Source: Vulcanimicrobiota bacterium (GTDB lineage Bacteria > Vulcanimicrobiota > Vulcanimicrobiia > Vulcanimicrobiales > Vulcanimicrobiaceae). Taken from it: 64,000 bases of DNA. A model generated the notes under the pieces. The model ran no database searches. It worked only from the letters and a program-made list of their open reading frames with translations, and had not been told where the DNA came from. Positions 18,256 through 28,031 of the stretch are shown piece after piece (within the stretch, counting starts at the first letter, position 1; every line of letters starts with the position of its first letter). The stretch is taken from contig CAVZQC010000004.1 in the NCBI GenBank assembly GCA_963777315.1, forward strand, positions 64,001 through 128,000, written 5' to 3'. The translations under genes were made by a program, and so were the position numbers.

Positions 18256-19449
18256 ATGATCGAAGAGGTCGAGTTTCTGGTCGTGGGATGCGGGCCGGCC
18301 GGCGGCACGGCCGCGCGGGAAGCGGCGCGCGCAGGCGTTGAAACGCTCGTGCTGGACAAGGACGCCGTCATCGGGGCCAAACGCGTGTGCGCGGCGGGTT
18401 TGCGTCCGGGGTTTTGCCGCGACTTCGATTTGCCGCGGTCGATCGTGCACTGCGATACGCCGCGTCTGGCGCTGTTCGATCTCGATCTGCGCGAATACGA
18501 ACTGTTCTTCGGGCCCGGACATACGAGCACGCGCGAGGAGCTCGACGGTACGATCGGAAGTCTTGCCGCGCACGAAGGCGCGCAAATACGCACGTCCGCG
18601 TTGTTTCGCGCCCTCGCACGCGACGGCGAGCGCATCGTAGCGGAATATGCCGATTTGCGCAGCGGGGAGCGCAAGCGCGTTGCCGCGCGCAACGTCTTTT
18701 TGGCTCAAGGCTCGACCGCGAAGCTCGACGGCACGCAGTTCGAGTACGCACCCTGGAACAGCGGTCTGGTAACCACGCTGCAGTACCGCGTGTACTTGGA
18801 GCGGCCCGCCGCGGCCATCGCCTACCAAACGCTGGAAATGCATTATTTCCCGACCCGCGACGGGCGAATGACGGTGGCATGGATGTTTCCCAAGCGCGAT
18901 CACTTGGCGATCGGCCTGGGCGTCATGGGGAAGATGCCCGGAGCGCAGCTGCGCGAAGAGCTCGATCGATTTACCGAGCGCGTGCGTGCCCGGCTCTATC
19001 CCGGAGTCGCGCACACGATAAAAACCGAAGGTCACCTGCTCTACGGCAGCGAGCCGCGCTCGGCGATCGCCTCGCCGGGCGCCATGGTCGGGGGCACGGC
19101 CGCCGGTCTGGTCGATGCGACCAACGGCGAGGGCATTTACGAGGCGGCCATGAGCGGGCGCATCGCGGCGCAGGCGGTTGCGCAATCGCGCGACGTGCCG
19201 CAAAAGGCGCACGCAGCCTACGATGCGGCGGTCAAGCGGCGATTCTACCGGCGGCTGCGCCATCGAGCGCAGTTGATGCGCTACCTCGAGCGCCGCCCGG
19301 CCCGTTACGCGCTGCTCTTCGAGCAACTAGCGAACGCTCCGCGGTTTGCCGATATTCTGCAGCGAGAAGACCAAGAACGCACGATGCTCGATCGCCTTTA
19401 TTTGTACGGACAAGCGTTGCGCTTTGCCGCGCGCGCCGGACGCGTCTAG
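18256..19449 (+). CDS. FAD-dependent oxidoreductase, geranylgeranyl reductase/FixC-like
   Basis: VVGCGPAG, KRVCAAG, WMFPK, GTAAGLVDATNGEGIYEAAMSG. Confidence 0.88.
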   Translation: MIEEVEFLVVGCGPAGGTAAREAARAGVETLVLDKDAVIGAKRVCAAGLRPGFCRDFDLPRSIVHCDTPRLALFDLDLREYELFFGPGHTSTREELDGTIGSLAAHEGAQIRTSALFRALARDGERIVAEYADLRSGERKRVAARNVFLAQGSTAKLDGTQFEYAPWNSGLVTTLQYRVYLERPAAAIAYQTLEMHYFPTRDGRMTVAWMFPKRDHLAIGLGVMGKMPGAQLREELDRFTERVRARLYPGVAHTIKTEGHLLYGSEPRSAIASPGAMVGGTAAGLVDATNGEGIYEAAMSGRIAAQAVAQSRDVPQKAHAAYDAAVKRRFYRRLRHRAQLMRYLERRPARYALLFEQLANAPRFADILQREDQERTMLDRLYLYGQALRFAARAGRV

Positions 19450-19459
19450 TGGCTGCTGC

Positions 19460-20293
19460 TTGCTAGTTGCGATTTCCGATGTCGATTTTCACCGCCTTCG
19501 CGATGCCATTCGCGAGCGTTTCGGCATTTTTTACGACGACACCAAGCAGTTCTTGCTGCAGAGCCGTCTGCAGACGCGGCTGGTCAAGTGCAGCTTGCCG
19601 GACTTCGAGCAATACTATCGATTTCTGATGACGCATCCCGGCCGCCACGACGAGTGGAACGAGCTGGCTTCGGTACTCTCCAACAACGAAACGTATTTCT
19701 TCCGCGAACGCGCCCAGCTGGAGATTCTCACGACCGAGGTGATCGAGGACTGCCGGCGCCGCGGCAACGCCAAGCTGCGGGTCTGGTCGTCTGCGTGTTC
19801 GACGGGCGAGGAGCCGTTTTCGCTGGCCATTGCGCTGTTGGAAACGCGGCGGCTGGCGCCTTCGCAGATCGAGATCAAGGCCAGCGACATCTCGCCCCGC
19901 GCGCTGGAGAAATGCGACGAGGGGCTCTATCGCGAACTCAGCTTCCGCGCCACGCCGCCCGAAGTCATACAGCGGTACTTTCGCGCTTTTTCGGGCGCAT
20001 TCGCAATCTCCAACGACGTTAAGCGGATGGTGCATTTTTTTCGAATGAATCTGCTGGACGAATCGGCGGTGAGCCGAGTCGGGCCGGTCGATGCGGTGTT
20101 CTGCCGCAACGTGCTGATCTATTTCGATAAGCCCACGCAAAAGCGGGTCGTCGAAGCGTTCGCCCGCGTTCTGCGTCCGGGCGGCTATCTATTCCTGGGG
20201 CACGCCGAATCGATCATGCGGCTCACCGAATTGTACGATCCGTTCGTTACGCCCAAGGCCATCTACTATAGGCGCAAGGCCGATGCCGGTTAA
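19460..20293 (+). CDS. cheR: Chemotaxis protein-glutamate methyltransferase (start uncertain, TTG)
   Basis: NETYFFRE, VWSSACSTGEEPFS, FCRNVLIYFD, LGHAES. Confidence 0.95.
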   Translation: MLVAISDVDFHRLRDAIRERFGIFYDDTKQFLLQSRLQTRLVKCSLPDFEQYYRFLMTHPGRHDEWNELASVLSNNETYFFRERAQLEILTTEVIEDCRRRGNAKLRVWSSACSTGEEPFSLAIALLETRRLAPSQIEIKASDISPRALEKCDEGLYRELSFRATPPEVIQRYFRAFSGAFAISNDVKRMVHFFRMNLLDESAVSRVGPVDAVFCRNVLIYFDKPTQKRVVEAFARVLRPGGYLFLGHAESIMRLTELYDPFVTPKAIYYRRKADAG

Positions 20294-21353
20294 GGTTCTC
20301 GTCGTCGACGATTCGGCGTTCATGCGCCGCGCCATCTCCAAGATGCTCGAAGGCGAGCCGGACATTGCCGTTTGCGCAACGGCGCGCAACGGAGAAGAGG
20401 CCATTCTCAAAACCCGGCGGTTCGTGCCGGATATCGTTACGATGGACGTCGAGATGCCCGGCATGGGCGGTTTGGATGCCGTACGCGAAATTACCGCGCA
20501 TTCCGACGTTCCGATCATCATGGTCAGTGCGCTCACGCAGAACGGCGCAGAAACGACGTTTCGCGCCTTGGAAGCCGGCGCCGTCGATTTCATCGCGAAA
20601 CCGGACACTGCGTATGCCGACATCGAGCGCGTGGCGCGCGATCTCGTTGCCAAAGTTCGGGCCTGCGCTCAGCGCGGTACACGGCGCCGCAGCGCACCCT
20701 CGGCAAAGGCGGTGCCCCCTGCGGTTGAAACCGCGCGCCGCGCCGAGCGGGAACGCGAACCATTTGCTTGCCTTGCGGTCGGCACGTCCACCGGCGGTCC
20801 CGTTGCGCTCTCGAAGATCGTTCCGGCACTGCCCGCCGATTTTCCGATTCCAATCGTCATCGTGCAGCACATGCCGGCCGGCTTTACGCGCCCGCTGGCC
20901 GATCGTTTGAACGCTTCGAGCGCGTTGCGCGTGCGCGAGGGCAAGGAAGGCATGGTGCTGCGAGCGGGCGATGCAATCGTGGCGTGCGCCGGGATGCAGA
21001 TGGGACTTCGCCGCGTGCACGGCAGCGACGACGTCGAAATCACGTTCGCCCAAGACGACGGGCGTTCGCTGCACGTTCCGAGCGTCGACGTATTGATGAC
21101 GGCAGTCGCCGATACGTACGGTGCTGCGACGCTGGCCGCGATTCTTACCGGCATGGGTCAGGACGGCGTCGCGGGTTTACGCCGGGTAAAGGATCGCGGA
21201 GGTTTCGTCCTGGGCCAAGACGAGGCGACCTCCGTCGTGTACGGCATGCCGCGCGCAGCCGCCGCTGCAGGCCTGGTCGATCGCGAGCTGGGGCTCGATC
21301 AAATCGCGCCCGCGCTCTGCGAATTAACGAACACTTCCTTCGCACGCTCTTAA
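20283..21353 (+). CDS. cheB: Chemotaxis response regulator methylesterase
   Basis: Receiver domain plus GTSTGGP, VQHMP, PSVD, LTGMGQDG, YGMP. Confidence 0.97.
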   Translation: MPVKVLVVDDSAFMRRAISKMLEGEPDIAVCATARNGEEAILKTRRFVPDIVTMDVEMPGMGGLDAVREITAHSDVPIIMVSALTQNGAETTFRALEAGAVDFIAKPDTAYADIERVARDLVAKVRACAQRGTRRRSAPSAKAVPPAVETARRAEREREPFACLAVGTSTGGPVALSKIVPALPADFPIPIVIVQHMPAGFTRPLADRLNASSALRVREGKEGMVLRAGDAIVACAGMQMGLRRVHGSDDVEITFAQDDGRSLHVPSVDVLMTAVADTYGAATLAAILTGMGQDGVAGLRRVKDRGGFVLGQDEATSVVYGMPRAAAAAGLVDRELGLDQIAPALCELTNTSFARS

Positions 21354-21439
21354 CGGAATCTATGTTGTTCGAGTAGGAGCGATGCGCCAAGCGGGCAATA
21401 ATGCCCATACCTACGGTTGCACAACTACTCGGAGCGTCG

Positions 21440-22279
21440 ATGAAGCCAGACCGCAGTTCGCACCGTTACGTCATTGGTGGTGTAGAACTTTCGCGAGAAG
21501 AAATCGTGCACAAATACTTGCACTTGGTCAAGTATGTAGCCGGCCGCATCTCGGTGAACCTGCCTCCGAACGTCGAACTCAACGATCTCATCAACGACGG
21601 GATCCTAGGCCTTATCGACGCGATTGAAAAGTACGACGACGACCGCGGCGTCAAATTCGAAACGTATGCCATCACGCGCATCAACGGCGCAATCTTAGAT
21701 GCGCTGCGCTCGCTGGACTGGGTGCCGCGCGCCGTCCGCCAGCGCGCGCGCGAACTGGAGCGCGCGCACCAAGAACTCGAGGCGCAATTGGGGCGCATGC
21801 CTACCGGCGAAGAGCTTGCGCAGCGGCTCGGAATTTCCATGAAAGAGTACGACACGCTCGTTCAGCGCGTTCGGGGCACGGCGATGCTTTCTCTCGAGGA
21901 ATTTCTTCCCAACGAGAAAGGCTACGACATTCCGCTGGTGGACACGCTCAAGGACGCGGACAGCGACGTCACGGGCGCGGTCGAGGCGGGAGAGGTGCGC
22001 GCGGCGCTGGTCAAAGCCGTGGAAGAGCTGCCGCAGCAAGAGCGCACCGTCATCTCGCTGTATTACTTCGACGGGCTGACGCTCAAGGAGATCAAGAGCG
22101 CGCTCAACGTGTCCGAGTCCCGCGTTTCCCAGATTCACGCCCAAGCGGTCATCCATTTGCGCCAGAAGCTGCGCGAATTGCGCTCGGATCTGGGGTACCG
22201 TGAGGGCGACCCCAACGTCAAGCAGAAATATTTGCGGAAAACGCCGCCGGCGGCCGATACAGTAATAAGGACGGGTTAA
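21440..22279 (+). CDS. fliA: FliA/WhiG/SigD family sigma factor (alternative start 21401)
   Basis: GLIDAIEKYD, KFETYA, LRSLDWVPR, SESRVSQIH; GGAG RBS before ATG 21440. Confidence 0.93.
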   Translation: MKPDRSSHRYVIGGVELSREEIVHKYLHLVKYVAGRISVNLPPNVELNDLINDGILGLIDAIEKYDDDRGVKFETYAITRINGAILDALRSLDWVPRAVRQRARELERAHQELEAQLGRMPTGEELAQRLGISMKEYDTLVQRVRGTAMLSLEEFLPNEKGYDIPLVDTLKDADSDVTGAVEAGEVRAALVKAVEELPQQERTVISLYYFDGLTLKEIKSALNVSESRVSQIHAQAVIHLRQKLRELRSDLGYREGDPNVKQKYLRKTPPAADTVIRTG

Positions 22280-22313
22280 ACCGGACCCTTTTCCGCAGGC
22301 GAGACTCTGTGCT

Positions 22314-22607
22314 ATGGCGATTCGACCGGTAGATCTTCAGCTGGCGTACTTGGCCGCTCCGCAAAACGCGGCCATATTGAGCAGCGCCCAAGAGGCCCCG
22401 CAGGCTGCCCAGCAAGCGGCCGCGTCGGCATTTGCGGCCGAGGTCAAGCGCCGGGAAGAGCATATCGGCGAGCCCGACAAGATTCACGGCGGCAAGGTGC
22501 GCGCGCGTGAAGAGCGCGACGGCACCGGGGATAGGCGCCGCCAAGGCCATCACCGCGAGGCCGACGACTCCGGTGAAGACGGCCACCTCATCGACGTAAC
22601 GGCCTAG
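22314..22607 (+). CDS. Small flagellar-region hypothetical protein
   Basis: MAIRPVDLQ...GHLIDVTA termini; flanked by fliA and a fliK-like gene. Confidence 0.75.
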   Translation: MAIRPVDLQLAYLAAPQNAAILSSAQEAPQAAQQAAASAFAAEVKRREEHIGEPDKIHGGKVRAREERDGTGDRRRQGHHREADDSGEDGHLIDVTA

Positions 22608-24008
22608 TGCCGGACGCTAGCGTGTCCGGAGCAGATCGGCTCGTCGCAGCGGTCGATGCGCAGGTTTTCCAGTCCGTTCTCGATCTCGGCGGTTCCTCGC
22701 AGCTGCTGCAGGGCGGGATCGAGCTGGGAGACGTGCTCGAGGCCGTCGTTCTGCCGGCTCAAAACGGTCACGACGTTCTTGAAATATTCGGCCGCCCGGT
22801 CGCGGCCGCGCTGCCCACGGAAGTGCGTCCCGGGCAACTGCTCCGGCTGGAAGTTACCGCCTTTGACGGCCGGCGGATCGTCGTGCGCAACGTCACGGAT
22901 GCCGGCCGCAATGCCGAGCCGCGCACGCCCGGCAGCCGAGCTTCCGCGCGTCCCGTCTCCCCGCCGCGCGAAGTCTTCGTCGCCGCGTCGGTGCGGCCGG
23001 CGCCTGCAGGAGCGCAGCGTACGACGCCCCCGTCCGGCATGCGTACGCAGGTGCAAAGCGCAGTCGCGCAAATCGCTCAACGAGTCACGCGCAGCGCCGG
23101 CGATCCGCTGCGCGCCATGCGCGTTCCGGAAACGCCGATTACCCGCGTTGCAATTGCAATTGCGCCGAAGGCGCCCGAGCGTCTCAGCTGCGGTTTTGGC
23201 ACGCCTGCAAGCCGCACTGCCCGAAGAATCCGGCGATCCGCGCATCGCCACGCTCAAAACGCTGGCCGCATTTACCGCGCGGCTGGACCCCGCGAGCGAG
23301 CCGACTCTGCCCGCGCAAATCTCATCGTACGTCTCCAACGCGATTGCGGGAGCTGAATCAAAACTCCGGCAGCTGCTCGAAGCGCTCTCGCATGCGGCTG
23401 CTCCGGGCGCGCACTTGCAGTCGCAGCGCCTGCCGATGCATGCGCAAGTTCGCGCCGCGGAACGTGCCGCCGCAATCGACCACGATCTCAAATCGCTCGT
23501 GCTGTCCGTTCTGCGCGATCCGGGTGCGGCGCGTACGCCGGATTTGACTCGAGCACTGAACGAAACGCTCGTAACGCTCACTGCGGTGCAGCTCAACGCG
23601 CTATCGTCCGCCGACGCGGCAACGGGCACGATCGCTATCGCGCTGCCGGTGTTCTTCCGTCAAAACGGCAACGCCGCGCAACTTCGAATTTCACGCGACG
23701 CCGGATCGCGCGCGCGCAAGCTCGAGGCGGACGATTTCCATCTGGCATTCGTGCTCGACACGGCCAACCTCGGAACGGTTGCCATCGACGTGCAGACCGT
23801 GGGCCGCACGGTCAAACTCGAGGTGAAGACGGAAACGCAAGCTGCGGCCGGAGCCTTCGAACGAACCCTCGACACGCTGCGCGGACGCTTGGAAAGCTTG
23901 CGCTATCGGGTCGCTTCGTGGAAAGCCGCGGTGCTCGTCCGCGCTCCCGCGGCGACGCGATCCGAGCCGAAGGCACGGTGTTCCGCAGGCGTGGATTTGC
24001 GCGCATGA
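22607..24008 (+). pseudogene. FliK-like (YlqG-like) protein split by an apparent single-base frameshift near 23189 (real or sequencing error)
   Basis: Protein-like sequence in the 22607 frame to ..APERLS, continuing as AVLARLQ.. in the 22656 frame; C-terminal LDTANLGTVAIDV FliK-type domain. Confidence 0.7.
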
Positions 24009-24319
24009 GCGGTCGCTTTTATGATTTTCGCAAGAACGTCGGCCGGCAGCCGGCCGTAGCTGCGCTCAAATACGATCCCGTGGGCGACGATGCGCCGCAG
24101 GTCGTCGCGGCCGGACGCGGCCTGATGGCCGACGAGATCGTGCGCGTGGCGCGCGAACACAACGTTCCGCTGCACGAGGACGCGCATTTGGTCGAGGCGC
24201 TTTCCCGGTTGGAATTGGCCGAATCGATTCCGCGCGAATTGTACGCGGTCGTGGCTGAAGTGCTCGCCTATGTGTTCCGGCTGGACGCGCAGGCCGCCGA
24301 ACGCAGCCACGCGCGCTAG
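24005..24319 (+). CDS. FlhB cytoplasmic-domain-like protein (EscU/YscU family, YlqH/FlhX-like)
   Basis: AALKYD..APQVVAAGRG..A.EHNVP..IPRELYAVVAEVLAYV; ATGA coupling. Confidence 0.9.
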   Translation: MSGRFYDFRKNVGRQPAVAALKYDPVGDDAPQVVAAGRGLMADEIVRVAREHNVPLHEDAHLVEALSRLELAESIPRELYAVVAEVLAYVFRLDAQAAERSHAR

Positions 24320-24332
24320 CCGTTACTCGGAA

Positions 24333-24605
24333 CTAGACCGCTTCGCCGTTGTGCAGGCGCCTGCGGAAACCCGCGTTCACCGGATCTCCGTCGAAAAAAT
24401 CGAAGGTCCGCTCGTCGTCTTCGGCAACCTGCGACAACAGGGGACGATGGTAATCGCACGGTGTGACCGCGTATTTTTTTCTCCCGGATTGCATTCCGAC
24501 GCAGCCGCAGCTCCAGTGCATCCAGGCAGCGCCCGCGTGATAGCCTTTCGCTTCGGGCGAGCAGAGGAGCAGTCGAAGTTGGTATTCAGCAAATCGTAGC
24601 ATCAC
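24333..24605 (-). CDS. Small hypothetical protein with CxC...CxxH motif
   Basis: WSCGC and PCDYH; fills gap, divergent from the Crp gene. Confidence 0.5.
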   Translation of the reverse strand: MMLRFAEYQLRLLLCSPEAKGYHAGAAWMHWSCGCVGMQSGRKKYAVTPCDYHRPLLSQVAEDDERTFDFFDGDPVNAGFRRRLHNGEAV

Positions 24606-24688
24606 CGTATTAGCATGGCACCCGGTGCGGCAGCGTTCCGTACGCTGGCGTACGCCGCGCGCGATGTTCGTGCAGCATAATAACTGCA

Positions 24689-25423
24689 GTGATGGAACAC
24701 AGCAGCACTATGCCGCACAACTTTCTGCTTGCTTCCTTACCTGCCGAGGAATGGGCGAAATGGCATCCGCACTTCGAACGCGTGCCCCTCAAGTACCGTC
24801 AGGAACTTTTGCGTCCGGGCGAGCCGCTTTCGCACTTGTGGTTTTTGGAAAACGGCATCGCCTCGCAAGTAATTGAAACGGTGGACGGCGCGAGCGTGGA
24901 GGTGGCGGTGATCGGCGCGGAAGGTCTGATCGGGCTGCCTGCAGTTTTCGGCGTCAACTATACCGCCCTGCGCACCGTCATACAAATGGAAAGCTCGGCG
25001 CTGCGCGTCGACGTCGACGCATTTCACCGCAACCTGCATCGCAAGCATCCGCTGCTGCGCCGCATCGAACGATACGCGGTTGCGGTGATGGGCGGTTTAG
25101 CGCAGGTTGCCGCGTGCAACAGGCTGCACCGCGTGGAACAGCGCTTGTGCCGCTGGCTGCTTGCGGTTCACGATCGGGTGCAGTGCGATCGCATTCCGAT
25201 GACGCACGAGTTTCTCTCGTTCATGCTCGGCACGCGCCGCGCTTCGGTCTCCGACGCGGCCCAGGCGCTGGCCGAGCGCAACCTCATTCGATACGAACCC
25301 GGGACGATCGAATACGTCGATATCGCGGGGCTCGAAGAGTTCGCATGCGAGTGCTACACGGTGATCCGCCGCCTCTATCGCGAAGCTTTGCCGCGCGGCG
25401 AAAGGGGTTCGGGCCCGCCCTAG
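24689..25423 (+). CDS. Crp/Fnr family transcriptional regulator
   Basis: cNMP-binding-like domain, ACNRLHRVEQRLCRWLL, THEFLSFMLGTRRASVS HTH. Confidence 0.93.
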   Translation: MMEHSSTMPHNFLLASLPAEEWAKWHPHFERVPLKYRQELLRPGEPLSHLWFLENGIASQVIETVDGASVEVAVIGAEGLIGLPAVFGVNYTALRTVIQMESSALRVDVDAFHRNLHRKHPLLRRIERYAVAVMGGLAQVAACNRLHRVEQRLCRWLLAVHDRVQCDRIPMTHEFLSFMLGTRRASVSDAAQALAERNLIRYEPGTIEYVDIAGLEEFACECYTVIRRLYREALPRGERGSGPP

Positions 25424-25442
25424 CAGCCCGGAAATTCTTTGA

Positions 25443-25460
25443 ATCGAACAGGAGTTCGAT
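25443..25460. promoter_or_regulatory. Putative LexA (SOS/Cheo) box CGAAC-N4-GTTCG
   Basis: Palindrome ATCGAAC-AGGA-GTTCGAT upstream of ftsY-recA-recX. Confidence 0.65.
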
Positions 25461-25517
25461 TGCCGGCGGCAAAGAGTCTCAATCCGTGAGGCAACGAGCG
25501 GATAAGGAGCGCGCGCG

Positions 25518-26435
25518 ATGAGCTGGCTGGCCAAGCTGCGCGCCTCGTTCGGCAAAGCTCGTGAAACGCTGGCCGGCGTTCAGGCCTTCGGCCGCGCGCG
25601 CAAACCGATTACGCCGGAAGTGTGGGAGGAATTGGAAGAGCTTTTGCTGCTTGCCGATTTCGGCGTTGCCACGACCGAGAAGATCGTGGGCGGCCTCAAG
25701 ACGGTCGCCAAGCAAGAACTCTGGCGCACCAGCGACCAAATCGTCGAACGCTTTCAAAAAGACGTCGAGCGTTTTCTCACGTTGCCCAATGCGCAGCTCG
25801 AACTGAGCGCCAAGCCCGCCGTCGTGCTGGTCGTGGGAGTGAACGGCAGCGGCAAAACCACCACCATCGGCAAACTTGCGGCGCGTCTGAGCGGCGAGGG
25901 CAAACGCGTTCTTTTGGTTGCCGCCGATACGTTTCGGGCGGCTGCAGCCGAACAGCTCGCAATTTGGGCCGAACGCAGCGGCGCGGACTACGTTCGCGGC
26001 AAAGAGGGCGCCGATCCGGCATCGGTAGTGTACGACGGTTTGCAAGCCGGTAAATCTCGCTCTGCCGACGTCATTCTGATCGACACCGCCGGGCGGCTTC
26101 AAACCAAAACCAATCTCATGGAAGAACTCAAGAAGATGCGCCGCATCATCGAACGCGAAATGGGCGCACCGCCGCCGGAAACGCTGCTGGTGCTCGACGG
26201 CACGACCGGCCAGAACGCGATCTCGCAAGCGCGCTTGTTCAACGAGGCAACGGCGCTGAGCGGCGTCGTGGTCACCAAACTCGACTCCACCGCCAAGGGC
26301 GGCGTGCTCGTGGCCATCGTCGACACGCTCGAGATTCCGATCAAATTCGTGGGCTTGGGCGAATCGGCCGACACGCTGCGTCCGTTCGTGCCTGCGGAAT
26401 TCATCGAAGCACTCTTTGAGGAGAGCGCCTTTTGA
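25518..26435 (+). CDS. ftsY: Signal recognition particle receptor (NG domain only)
   Basis: GVNGSGKTTT, DTFRAAA, DTAGR, TKLDSTAKGG. Confidence 0.97.
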   Translation: MSWLAKLRASFGKARETLAGVQAFGRARKPITPEVWEELEELLLLADFGVATTEKIVGGLKTVAKQELWRTSDQIVERFQKDVERFLTLPNAQLELSAKPAVVLVVGVNGSGKTTTIGKLAARLSGEGKRVLLVAADTFRAAAAEQLAIWAERSGADYVRGKEGADPASVVYDGLQAGKSRSADVILIDTAGRLQTKTNLMEELKKMRRIIEREMGAPPPETLLVLDGTTGQNAISQARLFNEATALSGVVVTKLDSTAKGGVLVAIVDTLEIPIKFVGLGESADTLRPFVPAEFIEALFEESAF

Positions 26436-26510
26436 ACGCGAACAGTGACACCCCCTTGGCATGCCCGCCCGCTAACGTGATAGAAAAACGCACGTCCTTA
26501 GGAGAACAGC

Positions 26511-27548
26511 ATGGCAGCACAAGATGAACGGCAAGTCGCGCTGAGCAATGCGCTCGCGCAAATCGAGCGCCAGTTCGGCAAAGGGTCGATCATGCGCATG
26601 GGCGAGATTCAGGAGCGCATGGCGTTCGACGTCGTCCCGTCCGGTTCGGTCGCGCTCGATTTGGCGCTGGGTGTGGGCGGTTTTCCGCGCGGGCGCATCG
26701 TCGAAATCTACGGGCCGGAATCCAGCGGTAAAACCACGCTGGCGCTGCATGCGATTGCCGAAGCGCAGAAAACGGGCGGAACGGCGGCCTTCATCGACGT
26801 GGAACACGCACTCGATCCCAATTACGCCGCCGCTCTGGGCGTCGATCTCGACAATCTGCTGGTTTCTCAGCCCGACACCGGCGAACAAGCGCTCGACATA
26901 GCCGAGATGCTCGTACGCAGCAATGCCGTCGACGTCATCGTGGTCGATTCCGTCGCCGCGCTGGTCACCAAGGCCGAACTCGAAGGCGATATGGGCGACA
27001 CGCACGTCGGCCTGCAGGCGCGCTTGATGTCGCAAGCGCTGCGCAAACTCACCGCGGCGATTTCGCGCAGCAAATCCGTGATGGTCTTCATCAACCAGCT
27101 GCGCGAGAAGGTCGGCGTCATGTTCGGCAGCCCGGAAACCACCTCGGGAGGCCGCGCGCTCAAGTTCTACGCCTCGATCCGCCTCGACGTACGTAAACTC
27201 GAGCAAATAAAAGTCGGGCAAGAAGTCGTCGGTTCGCGCACGCGCGTCAAAGTCGTCAAAAACAAAGTCGCGCCGCCGTTCCGCCAAGCCGAGTTCGACA
27301 TCACTTACGGCCACGGCATCAGCAAGATGGGCTCCATTCTCGACGTCGCGCTCGATCGCAACATCGTGGGCAAGAGCGGCTCGTGGTACACGTACGGCGA
27401 GACGCGCATCGGTCAAGGGCGCGAGAATGCCAAAGCGTACCTCGAAGAGCACAACGATCTCGCCGACGAAATCTCCGGAAAAATTCGCGAAGTTATTGCG
27501 GGCAGCGTTTCCCGCAACGGCTCTTCGGCCGCAGCCCCGACCGAGTAG
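26511..27548 (+). CDS. recA: Recombinase RecA
   Basis: [38 protein letters not shown]. Confidence 0.99.
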   Translation: MAAQDERQVALSNALAQIERQFGKGSIMRMGEIQERMAFDVVPSGSVALDLALGVGGFPRGRIVEIYGPESSGKTTLALHAIAEAQKTGGTAAFIDVEHALDPNYAAALGVDLDNLLVSQPDTGEQALDIAEMLVRSNAVDVIVVDSVAALVTKAELEGDMGDTHVGLQARLMSQALRKLTAAISRSKSVMVFINQLREKVGVMFGSPETTSGGRALKFYASIRLDVRKLEQIKVGQEVVGSRTRVKVVKNKVAPPFRQAEFDITYGHGISKMGSILDVALDRNIVGKSGSWYTYGETRIGQGRENAKAYLEEHNDLADEISGKIREVIAGSVSRNGSSAAAPTE

Positions 27549-27553
27549 ATTTT

Positions 27554-28030
27554 CTGCCCGGCCCCACGGCATATCTGCGGGCGCTGCAACTGCTCGCGCA
27601 GCGCAGGCTCACGCAAGCGCAGCTGTGGAACAAACTCGAGCGCAAGGGCTTTGCGCCCGAGGACGTTCGTGCGGCGGTGGAGCGCTGCACGGCCGACGGC
27701 TACTTGGACGATCGGCTCTTCGCGCAGCTCTACGTCGAGCAAAAGCGCAAAGCCGTAGGCAATTCGCGCTTGATCGGCGAGCTCGTGCGCAGAGGGATCG
27801 ACCGCGACGCGGCGCACGCCGCGGTGCAATGCAGCGCAACGCGCGAATCCGAACGTTTGAACGACGCTCTGGACAAGATCCTTCGCACCAAACCCGGGGC
27901 CAGCTATCCGTCGGCGGCCCGAGCGTTGGAACGATTGGGTTTTCCGGCTTGGCTGATCTATCGCACTCTGCGCGAGCATGCGGCCCGGTTCGGGCCGTTT
28001 GCCGGCATGCCGCGCGCAGCCGAAGAGTGA
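27554..28030 (+). CDS. recX: Regulatory protein RecX (start uncertain, possibly CTG)
   Basis: [33 protein letters not shown]; directly after recA. Confidence 0.85.
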   Translation: MPGPTAYLRALQLLAQRRLTQAQLWNKLERKGFAPEDVRAAVERCTADGYLDDRLFAQLYVEQKRKAVGNSRLIGELVRRGIDRDAAHAAVQCSATRESERLNDALDKILRTKPGASYPSAARALERLGFPAWLIYRTLREHAARFGPFAGMPRAAEE

Positions 28031-28031
28031 T

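Noticed and set aside
18256..19449. bchP / phototrophy marker
   Set aside because: No bch or puf genes nearby; only general GGR-family motifs
19449..19465. Third frameshift at the cheR start (GTG GCT GCT GC TTG)
   Set aside because: An in-frame TTG at 19460 gives a complete CheR; no need to invoke an indel
22234..22260. Sigma28 promoter inside the fliA 3' end (GCCGATAC)
   Set aside because: No acceptable -35 element at 15-16 nt spacing
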